From Nemertoderma westbladi (Eukaryota; Animalia; Xenacoelomorpha), in the NCBI GenBank assembly GCA_032718475.1, contig JAUCBJ010006423.1, positions 1 to 48,303 on the forward strand: DNA of 48,303 nt. Direction: 5' to 3'. The notes under the pieces were generated by a model that saw only the letters and a list, made by a program, of their open reading frames with translations, did no database searches and was not told the DNA's origin. The position numbers and the translations under genes are program-made. Positions 11,564-26,900 of this stretch are shown here, one piece after another; the first letter of the stretch is position 1, and each line of letters begins with the position of its first letter.

Positions 11564-11668
11564 AGTAAACCCTACCACTCTGTTTCCTAAATGAATGCCT
11601 GTTCACCGCCATGGGTGATCTTCCACAGTAAACCCTTCCACTCTGTTTCCTAAAGGAATGTCTGTTCA
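11564..11668. repeat. 63-bp minisatellite, block 4 (~1.7 copies)
   Basis: gtaaaccctaccactctgtttcctaaatgaatgcctgttcaccgccatgggtgatcttccacag... Confidence 0.9.
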
Positions 11669-11762
11669 TATTTTTTTCAGTACCGGTACCATGATTTATT
11701 AACACCTCAACGCTACGGCTACACCTTTATTGACTCTATTGTATTTCCTATCAACATTCCAG

Positions 11763-11952
11763 CACTCACCAAGTCTTCATCAACTCCAAACATTGCCGGA
11801 ATCGGACAGCTCAGAAAGGTTCGCGCTTTATTCAGCCACCAAGCGGGGAGTAACGGAATACAACTTACCTTCGAGGAGGGCGACGAGATTACTATTCTTA
11901 CCGACAAAAAGAAGGATGGATGGGCGTACGGACAGAACCATGCGAGTAACAC
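11763..11952 (+). CDS. BAIAP2: Exon, N-terminal part of SH3 domain (LTKSSSTPNIAGIGQLRKVRALFSHQAGSNGIQLTFEEGDEITILTDKKKDGWAYGQNHASN)
   Basis: cattccag| acceptor, AAC AC|gtgagt donor (phase 2). ALFSH..., L.F.EGD.I.I and DGW.YG match IRSp53-type SH3. This frame is not in the supplied ORF track. Confidence 0.92.
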
Positions 11953-14900
11953 GTGAGTCTACGGACAGAACCATGCGAGTAACACGTGAGTCTACGGACA
12001 GAACCATGCGAGTAACACGTGAGTTTACGGACAGAACCATGCGAGTAACACGTGAGTATACGGACAGAACCATGCGAGTAACACGTGAGTTTACGGACAG
12101 AACCATGCGAGTAACACGTGAGTATACGGACAGAACCATGCGAGTAACACGTGAGTTTGAGTCTACGGACAGAACCATGCGAGTAACACGTGAGTTTACG
12201 GACAGAACCATGCGAGTAACACGTGAGTTTGAGTCTACGGACAGAACCATGCGAGTAACACGTGAGTTTACGGACAGAACCATGCGAGTAACACGTGAGT
12301 GTACGGACAGAACCATGCGAGTAACACGTGAGTCTACGGACAGAACCATGCGAGTAACACGTGAGTATACGGACAGAACCATGCGAGTAACACGTGAGTT
12401 TACGGACAGAACCATGCGAGTAACACGTGAGTATACGGACAGAACCATGCGAGTAACACGTGAGTTTGAGTCTACGGACAGAACCATGCGAGTAACACGT
12501 GAGTTTACGGACAGAACCATGCGAGTAACACGTGAGTCTACGGACAGAACCATGCGAGTAACACGTGAGTTTACGGACAGAACCATGCGAGTAACACGTG
12601 AGTCTACGGACAGAACCATGCGAGTAACACGTGAGTATACGGACAGAACCATGCGAGTAACACGTGAGTATACGGACAGAACCATGCGAGTAACACGTGA
12701 GTATACGGACAGAACCATGCGAGTAACACGTGAGTATACGGACAGAACCATGCGAGTAACACGTGAGTCTACGGACAGAACCATGCGAGTAACACGTGAG
12801 TATACGGACAGAACCATGCGAGTAACACGTGAGTCTACGCCCAGAACCATGCTAGTAACACGTGAGTCTACGGACAGAACCATGCGAGTAACACGTGAGT
12901 CTACGCCCAGAACCATGCTAGTAACACGTGAGTCTACGGACAGAACCATGCGAGTAACACGTGAGTATACGGACAGAACCATGCGAGTAACACGTGAGTC
13001 TACGCCCAGAACCATGCTAGTAACACGTGAGTCTACGGACAGAACCATGCGAGTAACACGTGAGTATACGGACAGAACCATGCCAGTAACACGTGAGTAT
13101 ACGGACAGAACCATGCGAGTAACACGTGAGTTTACGGACAGAACCATGCGAGTAACACGTGAGTCTACGGACAGAACCATGCGAGTAACACGTGAGTTTA
13201 CGGACAGAACCATGCGAGTAACACGTGAGTTTACGGACAGAACCATGCGAGTAACACGTGAGTATACGGACAGAACCATGCGAGTAACACGTGAGTTTAC
13301 GGACAGAACCATGCGAGTAACACGTGAGTCTACGGACAGAACCATGCGAGTAACACGTGAGTTTACGGACAGAACCATGCGAGTAACACGTGAGTTTACG
13401 GACAGAACCATGCGAGTAACACGTGAGTATACGGACAGAACCATGCGAGTAACACGTGAGTTTACGGACAGAACCATGCGAGTAACACGTGAGTCTACGG
13501 ACAGAACCATGCGAGTAACACGTGAGTTTACGGACAGAACCATGCGAGTAACACGTGAGTTTACGGACAGAACCATGCGAGTAACACGTGAGTTTACGGA
13601 CAGAACCATGCGAGTAACACGTGAGTTTACGGACAGAACCATGCGAGTAACACGTGAGTTTACGGACAGAACCATGCGAGTAACACGTGAGTATACGGAC
13701 AGAACCATGCGAGTAACACGTGAGTATACGGACAGAACCATGCGAGTAACACGTGAGTTTACGGACAGAACCATGCGAGTAACACGTGAGTATACGGACA
13801 GAACCATGCGAGTAACACGTGAGTTTACGGACAGAACCATGCGAGTAACACGTGAGTTTACGGACAGAACCATGCGAGTAACACGTGAGTTTACGGACAG
13901 AACCATGCGAGTAACACGTGAGTTTACGGACAGAACCATGCGAGTAACACGTGAGTATACGGACAGAACCATGCGAGTAACACGTGAGTTTACGGACAGA
14001 ACCATGCGAGTAACACGTGAGTTTACGGACAGAACCATGCGAGTAACACGTGAGTATACGGACAGAACCATGCGAGTAACACGTGAGTTTACGGACAGAA
14101 CCATGCGAGTAACACGTGAGTTTACGGACAGAACCATGCGAGTAACACGTGAGTTTACGGACAGAACCATGCGAGTAACACGTGAGTTTACGGACAGAAC
14201 CATGCGAGTAACACGTGAGTTTACGGACAGAACCATGCGAGTAACACGTGAGTTTACGGACAGAACCATGCGAGTAACACGTGAGTATACGGACAGAACC
14301 ATGCGAGTAACACGTGAGTTTACGGACAGAACCATGCGAGTAACACGTGAGTATACGGACAGAACCATGCGAGTAACACGTGAGTTTACGGACAGAACCA
14401 TGCGAGTAACACGTGAGTTTACGGACAGAACCATGCGAGTAACACGTGAGTATACGGACAGAACCATGCGAGTAACACGTGAGTATACGGACAGAACCAT
14501 GCGAGTAACACGTGAGTTTACGGACAGAACCATGCGAGTAACACGTGAGTTTACGGACAGAACCATGCGAGTAACACGTGAGTTTACGGACAGAACCATG
14601 CGAGTAACACGTGAGTATACGGACAGAACCATGCGAGTAACACGTGAGTTTACGGACAGAACCATGCGAGTAACACGTGAGTATACGGACAGAACCATGC
14701 GAGTAACACGTGAGTATACGGACAGAACCATGCGAGTAACACGTGAGTTTACGGACAGAACCATGCGAGTAACACGTGAGTTTACGGACAGAACCATGCG
14801 AGTAACACGTGAGTTTACGGACAGAACCATGCGAGTAACACGTGAGTTTACGGACAGAACCATGCGAGTAACACGTGAGTATACGGACAGAACCATGCGA

Positions 14901-17900
14901 GTAACACGTGAGTATACGGACAGAACCATGCGAGTAACACGTGAGTTTACGGACAGAACCATGCGAGTAACACGTGAGTTTACGGACAGAACCATGCGAG
15001 TAACACGTGAGTTGAGTCTACGGACAGAACCATGCGAGTAACACGTGAGTTTACGGACAGAACCATGCGAGTAACACGTGAGTTTGAGTCTACGGACAGA
15101 ACCATGCGAGTAACACGTGAGTTTACGGACAGAACCATGCGAGTAACACGTGAGTATACGGACAGAACCATGCGAGTAACACGTGAGTTTACGGACAGAA
15201 CCATGCGAGTAACACGTGAGTATACGGACAGAACCATGCGAGTAACACGTGAGTTTGAGTCTACGGACAGAACCATGCGAGTAACACGTGAGTTTACGGA
15301 CAGAACCATGCTAGTAACACGTGAGTATACGGACAGAACCATGCGAGTAACACGTGAGTATACGGACAGAACCATGCGAGTAACACGTGAGTCTACGGAC
15401 AGAACCATGCGAGTAACACGTGAGTTTACGGACAGAACCATGCGAGTAACACGTGAGTATACGGACAGAACCATGCGAGTAACACGTGAGTTTACGGACA
15501 GAACCATGCGAGTAACACGTGAGTTTACGGACAGAACCATGCGAGTAACACGTGAGTCTACGGACAGAACCATGCGAGTAACACGTGAGTTTACGGACAG
15601 AACCATGCGAGTAACACGTGAGTTTACGGACAGAACCATGCGAGTAACACGTGAGTCTGAGTCTACGGACAGAACCATGCGAGTAACACGTGAGTTTACG
15701 GACAGAACCATGCGAGTAACACGTGAGTATACGGACAGAACCATGCGAGTAACACGTGAGTTTACGGACAGAACCATGCGAGTAACACGTGAGTGTACGG
15801 ACAGAACCATGCGAGTAACACGTGAGTCTACGGACAGAACCATGCGAGTAACACGTGAGTTTACGGACAGAACCATGCGAGTAACACGTGAGTTTACGGA
15901 CAGAACCATGCGAGTAACACGTGAGTTTACGGACAGAACCATGCGAGTAACACGTGAGTCTACGGACAGAACCATGCGAGTAACACGTGAGTTTACGGAC
16001 AGAACCATGCGAGTAACACGTGAGTTTACGGACAGAACCATGCGAGTAACACGTGAGTCTGAGTCTACGGACAGAACCATGCGAGTAACACGTGAGTTTA
16101 CGGACAGAACCATGCGAGTAACACGTGAGTATACGGACAGAACCATGCGAGTAACACGTGAGTTTACGGACAGAACCATGCGAGTAACACGTGAGTGTAC
16201 GGACAGAACCATGCGAGTAACACGTGAGTTTACGGACAGAACCATGCGAGTAACACGTGAGTTGAGTCTACGGACAGAACCATGCGAGTAACACGTGAGT
16301 CTACGGACAGAACCATGCGAGTAACACGTGAGTCTACGGACAGAACCATGCGAGTAACACGTGAGTCTACGGACAGAACCATGCGAGTAACACGTGAGTG
16401 TACGGACAGAACCATGCGAGTAACACGTGAGTGTACGGACAGAACCATGCGAGTAACACGTGAGTCTACGGACAGAACCATGCGAGTAACACGTGAGTCT
16501 ACGGACAGAACCATGCGAGTAACACGTGAGTGTACGGACAGAACCATGCGAGTAACACGTGAGTTTACGGACAGAACCATGCGAGTAACACGTGAGTTTG
16601 AGTCTACGGACAGAACCATGCGAGTAACACGTGAGTCTACGGACAGAACCATGCGAGTAACACGTGAGTCTACGGACAGAACCATGCGAGTAACACGTGA
16701 GTCTACGGACAGAACCATGCGAGTAACACGTGAGTGTACGGACAGAACCATGCGAGTAACACGTGAGTGTACGGACAGAACCATGCGAGTAACACGTGAG
16801 TGTACGGACAGAACCATGCGAGTAACACGTGAGTCTACGGACAGAACCATGCGAGTAACACGTGAGTGTACGGACAGAACCATGCGAGTAACACGTGAGT
16901 TTACGGACAGAACCATGCGAGTAACACGTGAGTTTGAGTCTACGGACAGAACCATGCGAGTAACACGTGAGTCTACGGACAGAACCATGCGAGTAACACG
17001 TGAGTCTACGGACAGAACCATGCGAGTAACACGTGAGTCTGAGTCTACGGACAGAACCATGCGAGTAACACGTGAGTATACGGACAGAACCATGCGAGTA
17101 ACACGTGAGTCTGAGTCTACGGACAGAACCATGCGAGTAACACGTGAGTCTACGGACAGAACCATGCGAGTAACACGTGAGTCTACGGACAGAACCATGC
17201 GAGTAACACGTGAGTTTACGGACAGAACCATGCGAGTAACACGTGAGTCTGAGTCTACGGACAGAACCATGCGAGTAACACGTGAGTATACGGACAGAAC
17301 CATGCGAGTAACACGTGAGTCTGAGTCTACGGACAGAACCATGCGAGTAACACGTGAGTTTACGGACAGAACCATGCGAGTAACACGTGAGTCTACGGAC
17401 AGAACCATGCGAGTAACACGTGAGTTTACGGACAGAACCATGCGAGTAACACGTGAGTTTACGGACAGAACCATGCGAGTAACACGTGAGTCTACGGACA
17501 GAACCATGCGAGTAACACGTGAGTTTACGGACAGAACCATGCGAGTAACACGTGAGTTTACGGACAGAACCATGCGAGTAACACGTGAGTTTACGGACAG
17601 AACCATGCGAGTAACACGTGAGTTTACGGACAGAACCATGCGAGTAACACGTGAGTCTACGGACAGAACCATGCGAGTAACACGTGAGTTTACGGACAGA
17701 ACCATGCGAGTAACACGTGAGTTTACGGACAGAACCATGCGAGTAACACGTGAGTATACGGACAGAACCATGCGAGTAACACGTGAGTATACGGACAGAA
17801 CCATGCGAGTAACACGTGAGTCTACGGACAGAACCATGCGAGTAACACGTGAGTCTACGGACAGAACCATGCGAGTAACACGTGAGTCTGCGGACAGAAC

Positions 17901-20900
17901 CATGCGAGTAACACGTGAGTCTACGGACAGAACCATGCGAGTAACACGTGAGTCTACGGACAGAACCATGCGAGTAACACGTGAGTTTACGGACAGAACC
18001 ATGCGAGTAACACGTGAGTTTACGGACAGAACCATGCGAGTAACACGTGAGTCTACGGACAGAACCATGCGAGTAACACGTGAGTCTACGGACAGAACCA
18101 TGCGAGTAACACGTGAGTCTACGGACAGAACCATGCGAGTAACACGTGAGTTTACGGACAGAACCATGCGAGTAACACGTGAGTCTACGGACAGAACCAT
18201 GCGAGTAACACGTGAGTCTACGGACAGAACCATGCGAGTAACACGTGAGTCTACGGACAGAACCATGCGAGTAACACGTGAGTGTACGGACAGAACCATG
18301 CGAGTAACACGTGAGTTTACGGACAGAACCATGCGAGTAACACGTGAGTTTACGGACAGAACCATGCGAGTAACACGTGAGTCTACGGACAGAACCATGC
18401 GAGTAACACGTGAGTTTACGGACAGAACCATGCGAGTAACACGTGAGTCTACGGACAGAACCATGCGAGTAACACGTGAGTGTACGGACAGAACCATGCG
18501 AGTAACACGTGAGTTTACGGACAGAACCATGCGAGTAACACGTGAGTTTACGGACAGAACCATGCGAGTAACACGTGAGTCTACGGACAGAACCATGCGA
18601 GTAACACGTGAGTGTACGGACAGAACCATGCGAGTAACACGTGAGTTTACGGACAGAACCATGCGAGTAACACGTGAGTTTGAGCTACGGACAGAACCAT
18701 GCGAGTAACACGTGAGTCTACGGACAGAACCATGCGAGTAACACGTGAGTCTACGGACAGAACCATGCGAGTAACACGTGAGTTTACGGACAGAACCATG
18801 CGAGTAACACGTGAGTCTACGGACAGAACCATGCGAGTAACACGTGAGTCTACGGACAGAACCATGCGAGTAACACGTGAGTGTACGGACAGAACCATGC
18901 GAGTAACACGTGAGTGTACGGACAGAACCATGCGAGTAACACGTGAGTCTACGGACAGAACCATGCGAGTAACACGTGAGTCTACGGACAGAACCATGCG
19001 AGTAACACGTGAGTGTACGGACAGAACCATGCGAGTAACACGTGAGTTTACGGACAGAACCATGCGAGTAACACGTGAGTTGAGTCTACGGACAGAACCA
19101 TGCGAGTAACACGTGAGTCTACGGACAGAACCATGCGAGTAACACGTGAGTCTACGGACAGAACCATGCGAGTAACACGTGAGTCTACGGACAGAACCAT
19201 GCGAGTAACACGTGAGTGTACGGACAGAACCATGCGAGTAACACGTGAGTGTACGGACAGAACCATGCGAGTAACACGTGAGTGTACGGACAGAACCATG
19301 CGAGTAACACGTGAGTCTACGGACAGAACCATGCGAGTAACACGTGAGTGTACGGACAGAACCATGCGAGTAACACGTGAGTTTACGGACAGAACCATGC
19401 GAGTAACACGTGAGTTCTACGGACAGAACCATGCGAGTAACACGTGAGTCTACGGACAGAACCATGCGAGTAACACGTGAGTCTACGGACAGAACCATGC
19501 GAGTAACACGTGAGTCTGAGTCTACGGACAGAACCATGCGAGTAACACGTGAGTATACGGACAGAACCATGCGAGTAACACGTGAGTCTGAGTCTACGGA
19601 CAGAACCATGCGAGTAACACGTGAGTCTACGGACAGAACCATGCGAGTAACACGTGAGTCTACGGACAGAACCATGCGAGTAACACGTGAGTTTACGGAC
19701 AGAACCATGCGAGTAACACGTGAGTCTGAGTCTACGGACAGAACCATGCGAGTAACACGTGAGTATACGGACAGAACCATGCGAGTAACACGTGAGTCTG
19801 AGTCTACGGACAGAACCATGCGAGTAACACGTGAGTTTACGGACAGAACCATGCGAGTAACACGTGAGTCTACGGACAGAACCATGCGAGTAACACGTGA
19901 GTTTACGGACAGAACCATGCGAGTAACACGTGAGTTTACGGACAGAACCATGCGAGTAACACGTGAGTCTACGGACAGAACCATGCGAGTAACACGTGAG
20001 TTTACGGACAGAACCATGCGAGTAACACGTGAGTTTACGGACAGAACCATGCGAGTAACACGTGAGTTTACGGACAGAACCATGCGAGTAACACGTGAGT
20101 TTACGGACAGAACCATGCGAGTAACACGTGAGTCTACGGACAGAACCATGCGAGTAACACGTGAGTTTACGGACAGAACCATGCGAGTAACACGTGAGTT
20201 TACGGACAGAACCATGCGAGTAACACGTGAGTATACGGACAGAACCATGCGAGTAACACGTGAGTATACGGACAGAACCATGCGAGTAACACGTGAGTCT
20301 ACGGACAGAACCATGCGAGTAACACGTGAGTCTACGGACAGAACCATGCGAGTAACACGTGAGTCTACGGACAGAACCATGCGAGTAACACGTGAGTCTA
20401 CGGACAGAACCATGCGAGTAACACGTGAGTCTACGGACAGAACCATGCGAGTAACACGTGAGTTTACGGACAGAACCATGCGAGTAACACGTGAGTTTAC
20501 GGACAGAACCATGCGAGTAACACGTGAGTTTACGGACAGAACCATGCGAGTAACACGTGAGTCTACGGACAGAACCATGCGAGTAACACGTGAGTCTACG
20601 GACAGAACCATGCGAGTAACACGTGAGTTTACGGACAGAACCATGCGAGTAACACGTGAGTCTACGGACAGAACCATGCGAGTAACACGTGAGTCTACGG
20701 ACAGAACCATGCGAGTAACACGTGAGTCTACGGACAGAACCATGCGAGTAACACGTGAGTCTACGGACAGAACCATGCGAGTAACACGTGAGTCTACGGA
20801 CAGAACCATGCGAGTAACACGTGAGTTTACGGACAGAACCATGCGAGTAACACGTGAGTTTACGGACAGAACCATGCTAGTAACACGTGAGTTTACGGAC

Positions 20901-23900
20901 AGAACCATGCGAGTAACACGTGAGTCTACGGACAGAACCATGCGAGTAACACGTGAGTCTACGGACAGAACCATGCGAGTAACACGTGAGTTTACGGACA
21001 GAACCATGCGAGTAACACGTGAGTTTACGGACAGAACCATGCGAGTAACACGTGAGTCTGAGTCTACGGACAGAACCATGCGAGTAACACGTGAGTATAC
21101 GGACAGAACCATGCGAGTAACACGTGAGTCTGAGTCTACGGACAGAACCATGCGAGTAACACGTGAGTTTACGGACAGAACCATGCGAGTAACACGTGAG
21201 TCTACGGACAGAACCATGCGAGTAACACGTGAGTTTACGGACAGAACCATGCGAGTAACACGTGAGTTTACGGACAGAACCATGCGAGTAACACGTGAGT
21301 CTACGGACAGAACCATGCGAGTAACACGTGAGTTTACGGACAGAACCATGCGAGTAACACGTGAGTTTACGGACAGAACCATGCGAGTAACACGTGAGTT
21401 TACGGACAGAACCATGCGAGTAACACGTGAGTTTACGGACAGAACCATGCGAGTAACACGTGAGTCTACGGACAGAACCATGCGAGTAACACGTGAGTTT
21501 ACGGACAGAACCATGCGAGTAACACGTGAGTTTACGGACAGAACCATGCGAGTAACACGTGAGTATACGGACAGAACCATGCGAGTAACACGTGAGTATA
21601 CGGACAGAACCATGCGAGTAACACGTGAGTCTACGGACAGAACCATGCGAGTAACACGTGAGTCTACGGACAGAACCATGCGAGTAACACGTGAGTCTAC
21701 GGACAGAACCATGCGAGTAACACGTGAGTCTACGGACAGAACCATGCGAGTAACACGTGAGTCTACGGACAGAACCATGCGAGTAACACGTGAGTTTACG
21801 GACAGAACCATGCGAGTAACACGTGAGTTTACGGACAGAACCATGCGAGTAACACGTGAGTTTACGGACAGAACCATGCGAGTAACACGTGAGTTCTACG
21901 GACAGAACCATGCGAGTAACACGTGAGTTTACGGACAGAACCATGCGAGTAACACGTGAGTTTACGGACAGAACCATGCGAGTAACACGTGAGTTTACGG
22001 ACAGAACCATGCGAGTAACACGTGAGTATACGGACAGAACCATGCGAGTAACACGTGAGTTTACGGACAGAACCATGCGAGTAACACGTGAGTTTACGGA
22101 CAGAACCATGCGAGTAACACGTGAGTAGTCTACGGACAGAACCATGCGAGTAACACGTGAGTTTACGGACAGAACCATGCGAGTAACACGTGAGTATACG
22201 GACAGAACCATGCGAGTAACACGTGAGTATACGGACAGAACCATGCGAGTAACACGTGAGTCTACGGACAGAACCATGCGAGTAACACGTGAGTTTACGG
22301 ACAGAACCATGCGAGTAACACGTGAGTATACGGACAGAACCATGCGAGTAACACGTGAGTTTACGGACAGAACCATGCGAGTAACACGTGAGTTTACGGA
22401 CAGAACCATGCGAGTAACACGTGAGTTATACGGACAGAACCATGCGAGTAACACGTGAGTCTATACGGACAGAACCATGCGAGTAACACGTGAGTTTACG
22501 GACAGAACCATGCGAGTAACACGTGAGTTTACGGACAGAACCATGCGAGTAACACGTGAGTTTACGGACAGAACCATGCGAGTAACACGTGAGTATACGG
22601 ACAGAACCATGCGAGTAACACGTGAGTTTACGGACAGAACCATGCGAGTAACACGTGAGTATACGGACAGAACCATGCGAGTAACACGTGAGTATACGGA
22701 CAGAACCATGCGAGTAACACGTGAGTTTACGGACAGAACCATGCGAGTAACACGTGAGTTTACGGACAGAACCATGCGAGTAACACGTGAGTTTACGGAC
22801 AGAACCATGCGAGTAACACGTGAGTTTACGGACAGAACCATGCGAGTAACACGTGAGTATACGGACAGAACCATGCGAGTAACACGTGAGTATACGGACA
22901 GAACCATGCGAGTAACACGTGAGTTTACGGACAGAACCATGCGAGTAACACGTGAGTTTACGGACAGAACCATGCGAGTAACACGTGAGTTTGAGTCTAC
23001 GGACAGAACCATGCGAGTAACACGTGAGTTTACGGACAGAACCATGCGAGTAACACGTGAGTTTGAGTCTACGGACAGAACCATGCGAGTAACACGTGAG
23101 TTTACGGACAGAACCATGCGAGTAACACGTGAGTATACGGACAGAACCATGCGAGTAACACGTGAGTTTACGGACAGAACCATGCGAGTAACACGTGAGT
23201 ATACGGACAGAACCATGCGAGTAACACGTGAGTTTGAGTCTACGGACAGAACCATGCGAGTAACACGTGAGTTTACGGACAGAACCATGCTAGTAACACG
23301 TGAGTATACGGACAGAACCATGCGAGTAACACGTGAGTATACGGACAGAACCATGCGAGTAACACGTGAGTCTACGGACAGAACCATGCGTGTAACACGT
23401 GAGTTTACGGACAGAACCATGCGAGTAACACGTGAGTATACGGACAGAACCATGCGAGTAACACGTGAGTTTACGGACAGAACCATGCGAGTAACACGTG
23501 AGTTTACGGACAGAACCATGCGAGTAACACGTGAGTCTACGGACAGAACCATGCGAGTAACACGTGAGTTTACGGACAGAACCATGCTAGTAACACGTGA
23601 GTTTACGGACAGAACCATGCGAGTAACACGTGAGTCTGAGTCTACGGACAGAACCATGCGAGTAACACGTGAGTTTACGGACAGAACCATGCGAGTAACA
23701 CGTGAGTATACGGACAGAACCATGCGAGTAACACGTGAGTTTACGGACAGAACCATGCGAGTAACACGTGAGTGTACGGACAGAACCATGCGAGTAACAC
23801 GTGAGTCTACGGACAGAACCATGCGAGTAACACGTGAGTTTACGGACAGAACCATGCGAGTAACACGTGAGTTTACGGACAGAACCATGCTAGTAACACG

Positions 23901-26900
23901 TGAGTTTACGGACAGAACCATGCGAGTAACACGTGAGTCTACGGACAGAACCATGCGAGTAACACGTGAGTTTACGGACAGAACCATGCTAGTAACACGT
24001 GAGTTTACGGACAGAACCATGCGAGTAACACGTGAGTCTGAGTCTACGGACAGAACCATGCGAGTAACACGTGAGTTTACGGACAGAACCATGCGAGTAA
24101 CACGTGAGTATACGGACAGAACCATGCGAGTAACACGTGAGTTTACGGACAGAAACATGCGAGTAACACGTGAGTGTACGGACAGAACCATGCGAGTAAC
24201 ACGTGAGTTTACGGACAGAACCATGCGAGTAACACGTGAGTTTGAGTCTACGGACAGAACCATGCGAGTAACACGTGAGTCTACGGACAGAACCATGCGA
24301 GTAACACGTGAGTCTACGGACAGAACCATGCGAGTAACACGTGAGTCTACGGACAGAACCATGCGAGTAACACGTGAGTGTACGGACAGAACCATGCGAG
24401 TAACACGTGAGTGTACGGACAGAACCATGCGAGTAACACGTGAGTCTACGGACAGAACCATGCGAGTAACACGTGAGTCTACGGACAGAACCATGCGAGT
24501 AACACGTGAGTGTACGGACAGAACCATGCGAGTAACACGTGAGTTTACGGACAGAACCATGCGAGTAACACGTGAGTTTGAGTCTACGGACAGAACCATG
24601 CGAGTAACACGTGAGTCTACGGACAGAACCATGCGAGTAACACGTGAGTCTACGGACAGAACCATGCGAGTAACACGTGAGTCTACGGACAGAACCATGC
24701 GAGTAACACGTGAGTGTACGGACAGAACCATGCGAGTAACACGTGAGTGTACGGACAGAACCATGCGAGTAACACGTGAGTGTACGGACAGAACCATGCG
24801 GGTAACACGTGAGTCTACGGACAGAACCATGCGAGTAACACGTGAGTGTACGGACAGAACCATGCGAGTAACACGTGAGTTTACGGACAGAACCATGCGA
24901 GTAACACGTGAGTTTGAGTCTACGGACAGAACCATGCGAGTAACACGTGAGTCTACGGACAGAACCATGCGAGTAACACGTGAGTCTACGGACAGAACCA
25001 TGCGAGTAACACGTGAGTCTGAGTCTACGGACAGAACCATGCGAGTAACACGTGAGTATACGGACAGAACCATGCGAGTAACACGTGAGTCTGAGTCTAC
25101 GGACAGAACCATGCGAGTAACACGTGAGTCTACGGACAGAACCATGCGAGTAACACGTGAGTCTACGGACAGAACCATGCGAGTAACACGTGAGTTTACG
25201 GACAGAACCATGCGAGTAACACGTGAGTCTGAGTCTACGGACAGAACCATGCGAGTAACACGTGAGTATACGGACAGAACCATGCGAGTAACACGTGAGT
25301 CTGAGTCTACGGACAGAACCATGCGAGTAACACGTGAGTTTACGGACAGAACCATGCGAGTAACACGTGAGTCTACGGACAGAACAATGCGAGTAACACG
25401 TGAGTTTACGGACAGAACCATGCGAGTAACACGTGAGTTTACGGACAGAACCATGCGAGTAACACGTGAGTCTACGGACAGAACCATGCGAGTAACACGT
25501 GAGTTTACGGACAGAACCATGCGAGTAACACGTGAGTTTACGGACAGAACCATGCGAGTAACACGTGAGTTTACGGACAGAACCATGCGAGTAACACGTG
25601 AGTTTACGGACAGAACCATGCGAGTAACACGTGAGTCTACGGACAGAACCATGCGAGTAACACGTGAGTTTACGGACAGAACCATGCGAGTAACACGTGA
25701 GTTTACGGACAGAACCATGCGAGTAACACGTGAGTATACGGACAGAACCATGCGAGTAACACGTGAGTATACGGACAGAACCATGCGAGTAACACGTGAG
25801 TCTACGGACAGAACCATGCGAGTAACACGTGAGTCTACGGACAGAACCATGCGAGTAACACGTGAGTCTGCGGACAGAACCATGCGAGTAACACGTGAGT
25901 CTACGGACAGAACCATGCGAGTAACACGTGAGTCTACGGACAGAACCATGCGAGTAACACGTGAGTTTACGGACAGAACCATGCGAGTAACACGTGAGTT
26001 TACGGACAGAACCATGCTAGTAACACGTGAGTTTACGGACAGAACCATGCGAGTAACACGTGAGTCTACGGACAGAACCATGCGAGTAACACGTGAGTCT
26101 ACGGACAGAACCATGCGAGTAACACGTGAGTTTACGGACAGAACCATGCGAGTAACACGTGAGTCTACGGACAGAACCATGCGAGTAACACGTGAGTCTA
26201 CGGACAGAACCATGCGAGTAACACGTGAGTCTACGGACAGAACCATGCGAGTAACACGTGAGTCTACGGACAGAACCATGCGAGTAACACGTGAGTCTAC
26301 GGACAGAACCATGCGAGTAACACGTGAGTTTACGGACAGAACCATGCGAGTAACACGTGAGTTTACGGACAGAACCATGCTAGTAACACGTGAGTTTACG
26401 GACAGAACCATGCGAGTAACACGTGAGTCTACGGACAGAACCATGCGAGTAACACGTGAGTCTACGGACAGAACCATGCGAGTAACACGTGAGTTTACGG
26501 ACAGAACCATGCGAGTAACACGTGAGTTTACGGACAGAACCATGCGAGTAACACGTGAGTCTGAGTCTACGGACAGAACCATGCGAGTAACACGTGAGTA
26601 TACGGACAGAACCATGCGAGTAACACGTGAGTCTGAGTCTACGGACAGAACCATGCGAGTAACACGTGAGTTTACGGACAGAACCATGCGAGTAACACGT
26701 GAGTCTACGGACAGAACCATGCGAGTAACACGTGAGTTTACGGACAGAACCATGCGAGTAACACGTGAGTTTACGGACAGAACCATGCGAGTAACACGTG
26801 AGTCTACGGACAGAACCATGCGAGTAACACGTGAGTTTACGGACAGAACCATGCGAGTAACACGTGAGTTTACGGACAGAACCATGCGAGTAACACGTGA

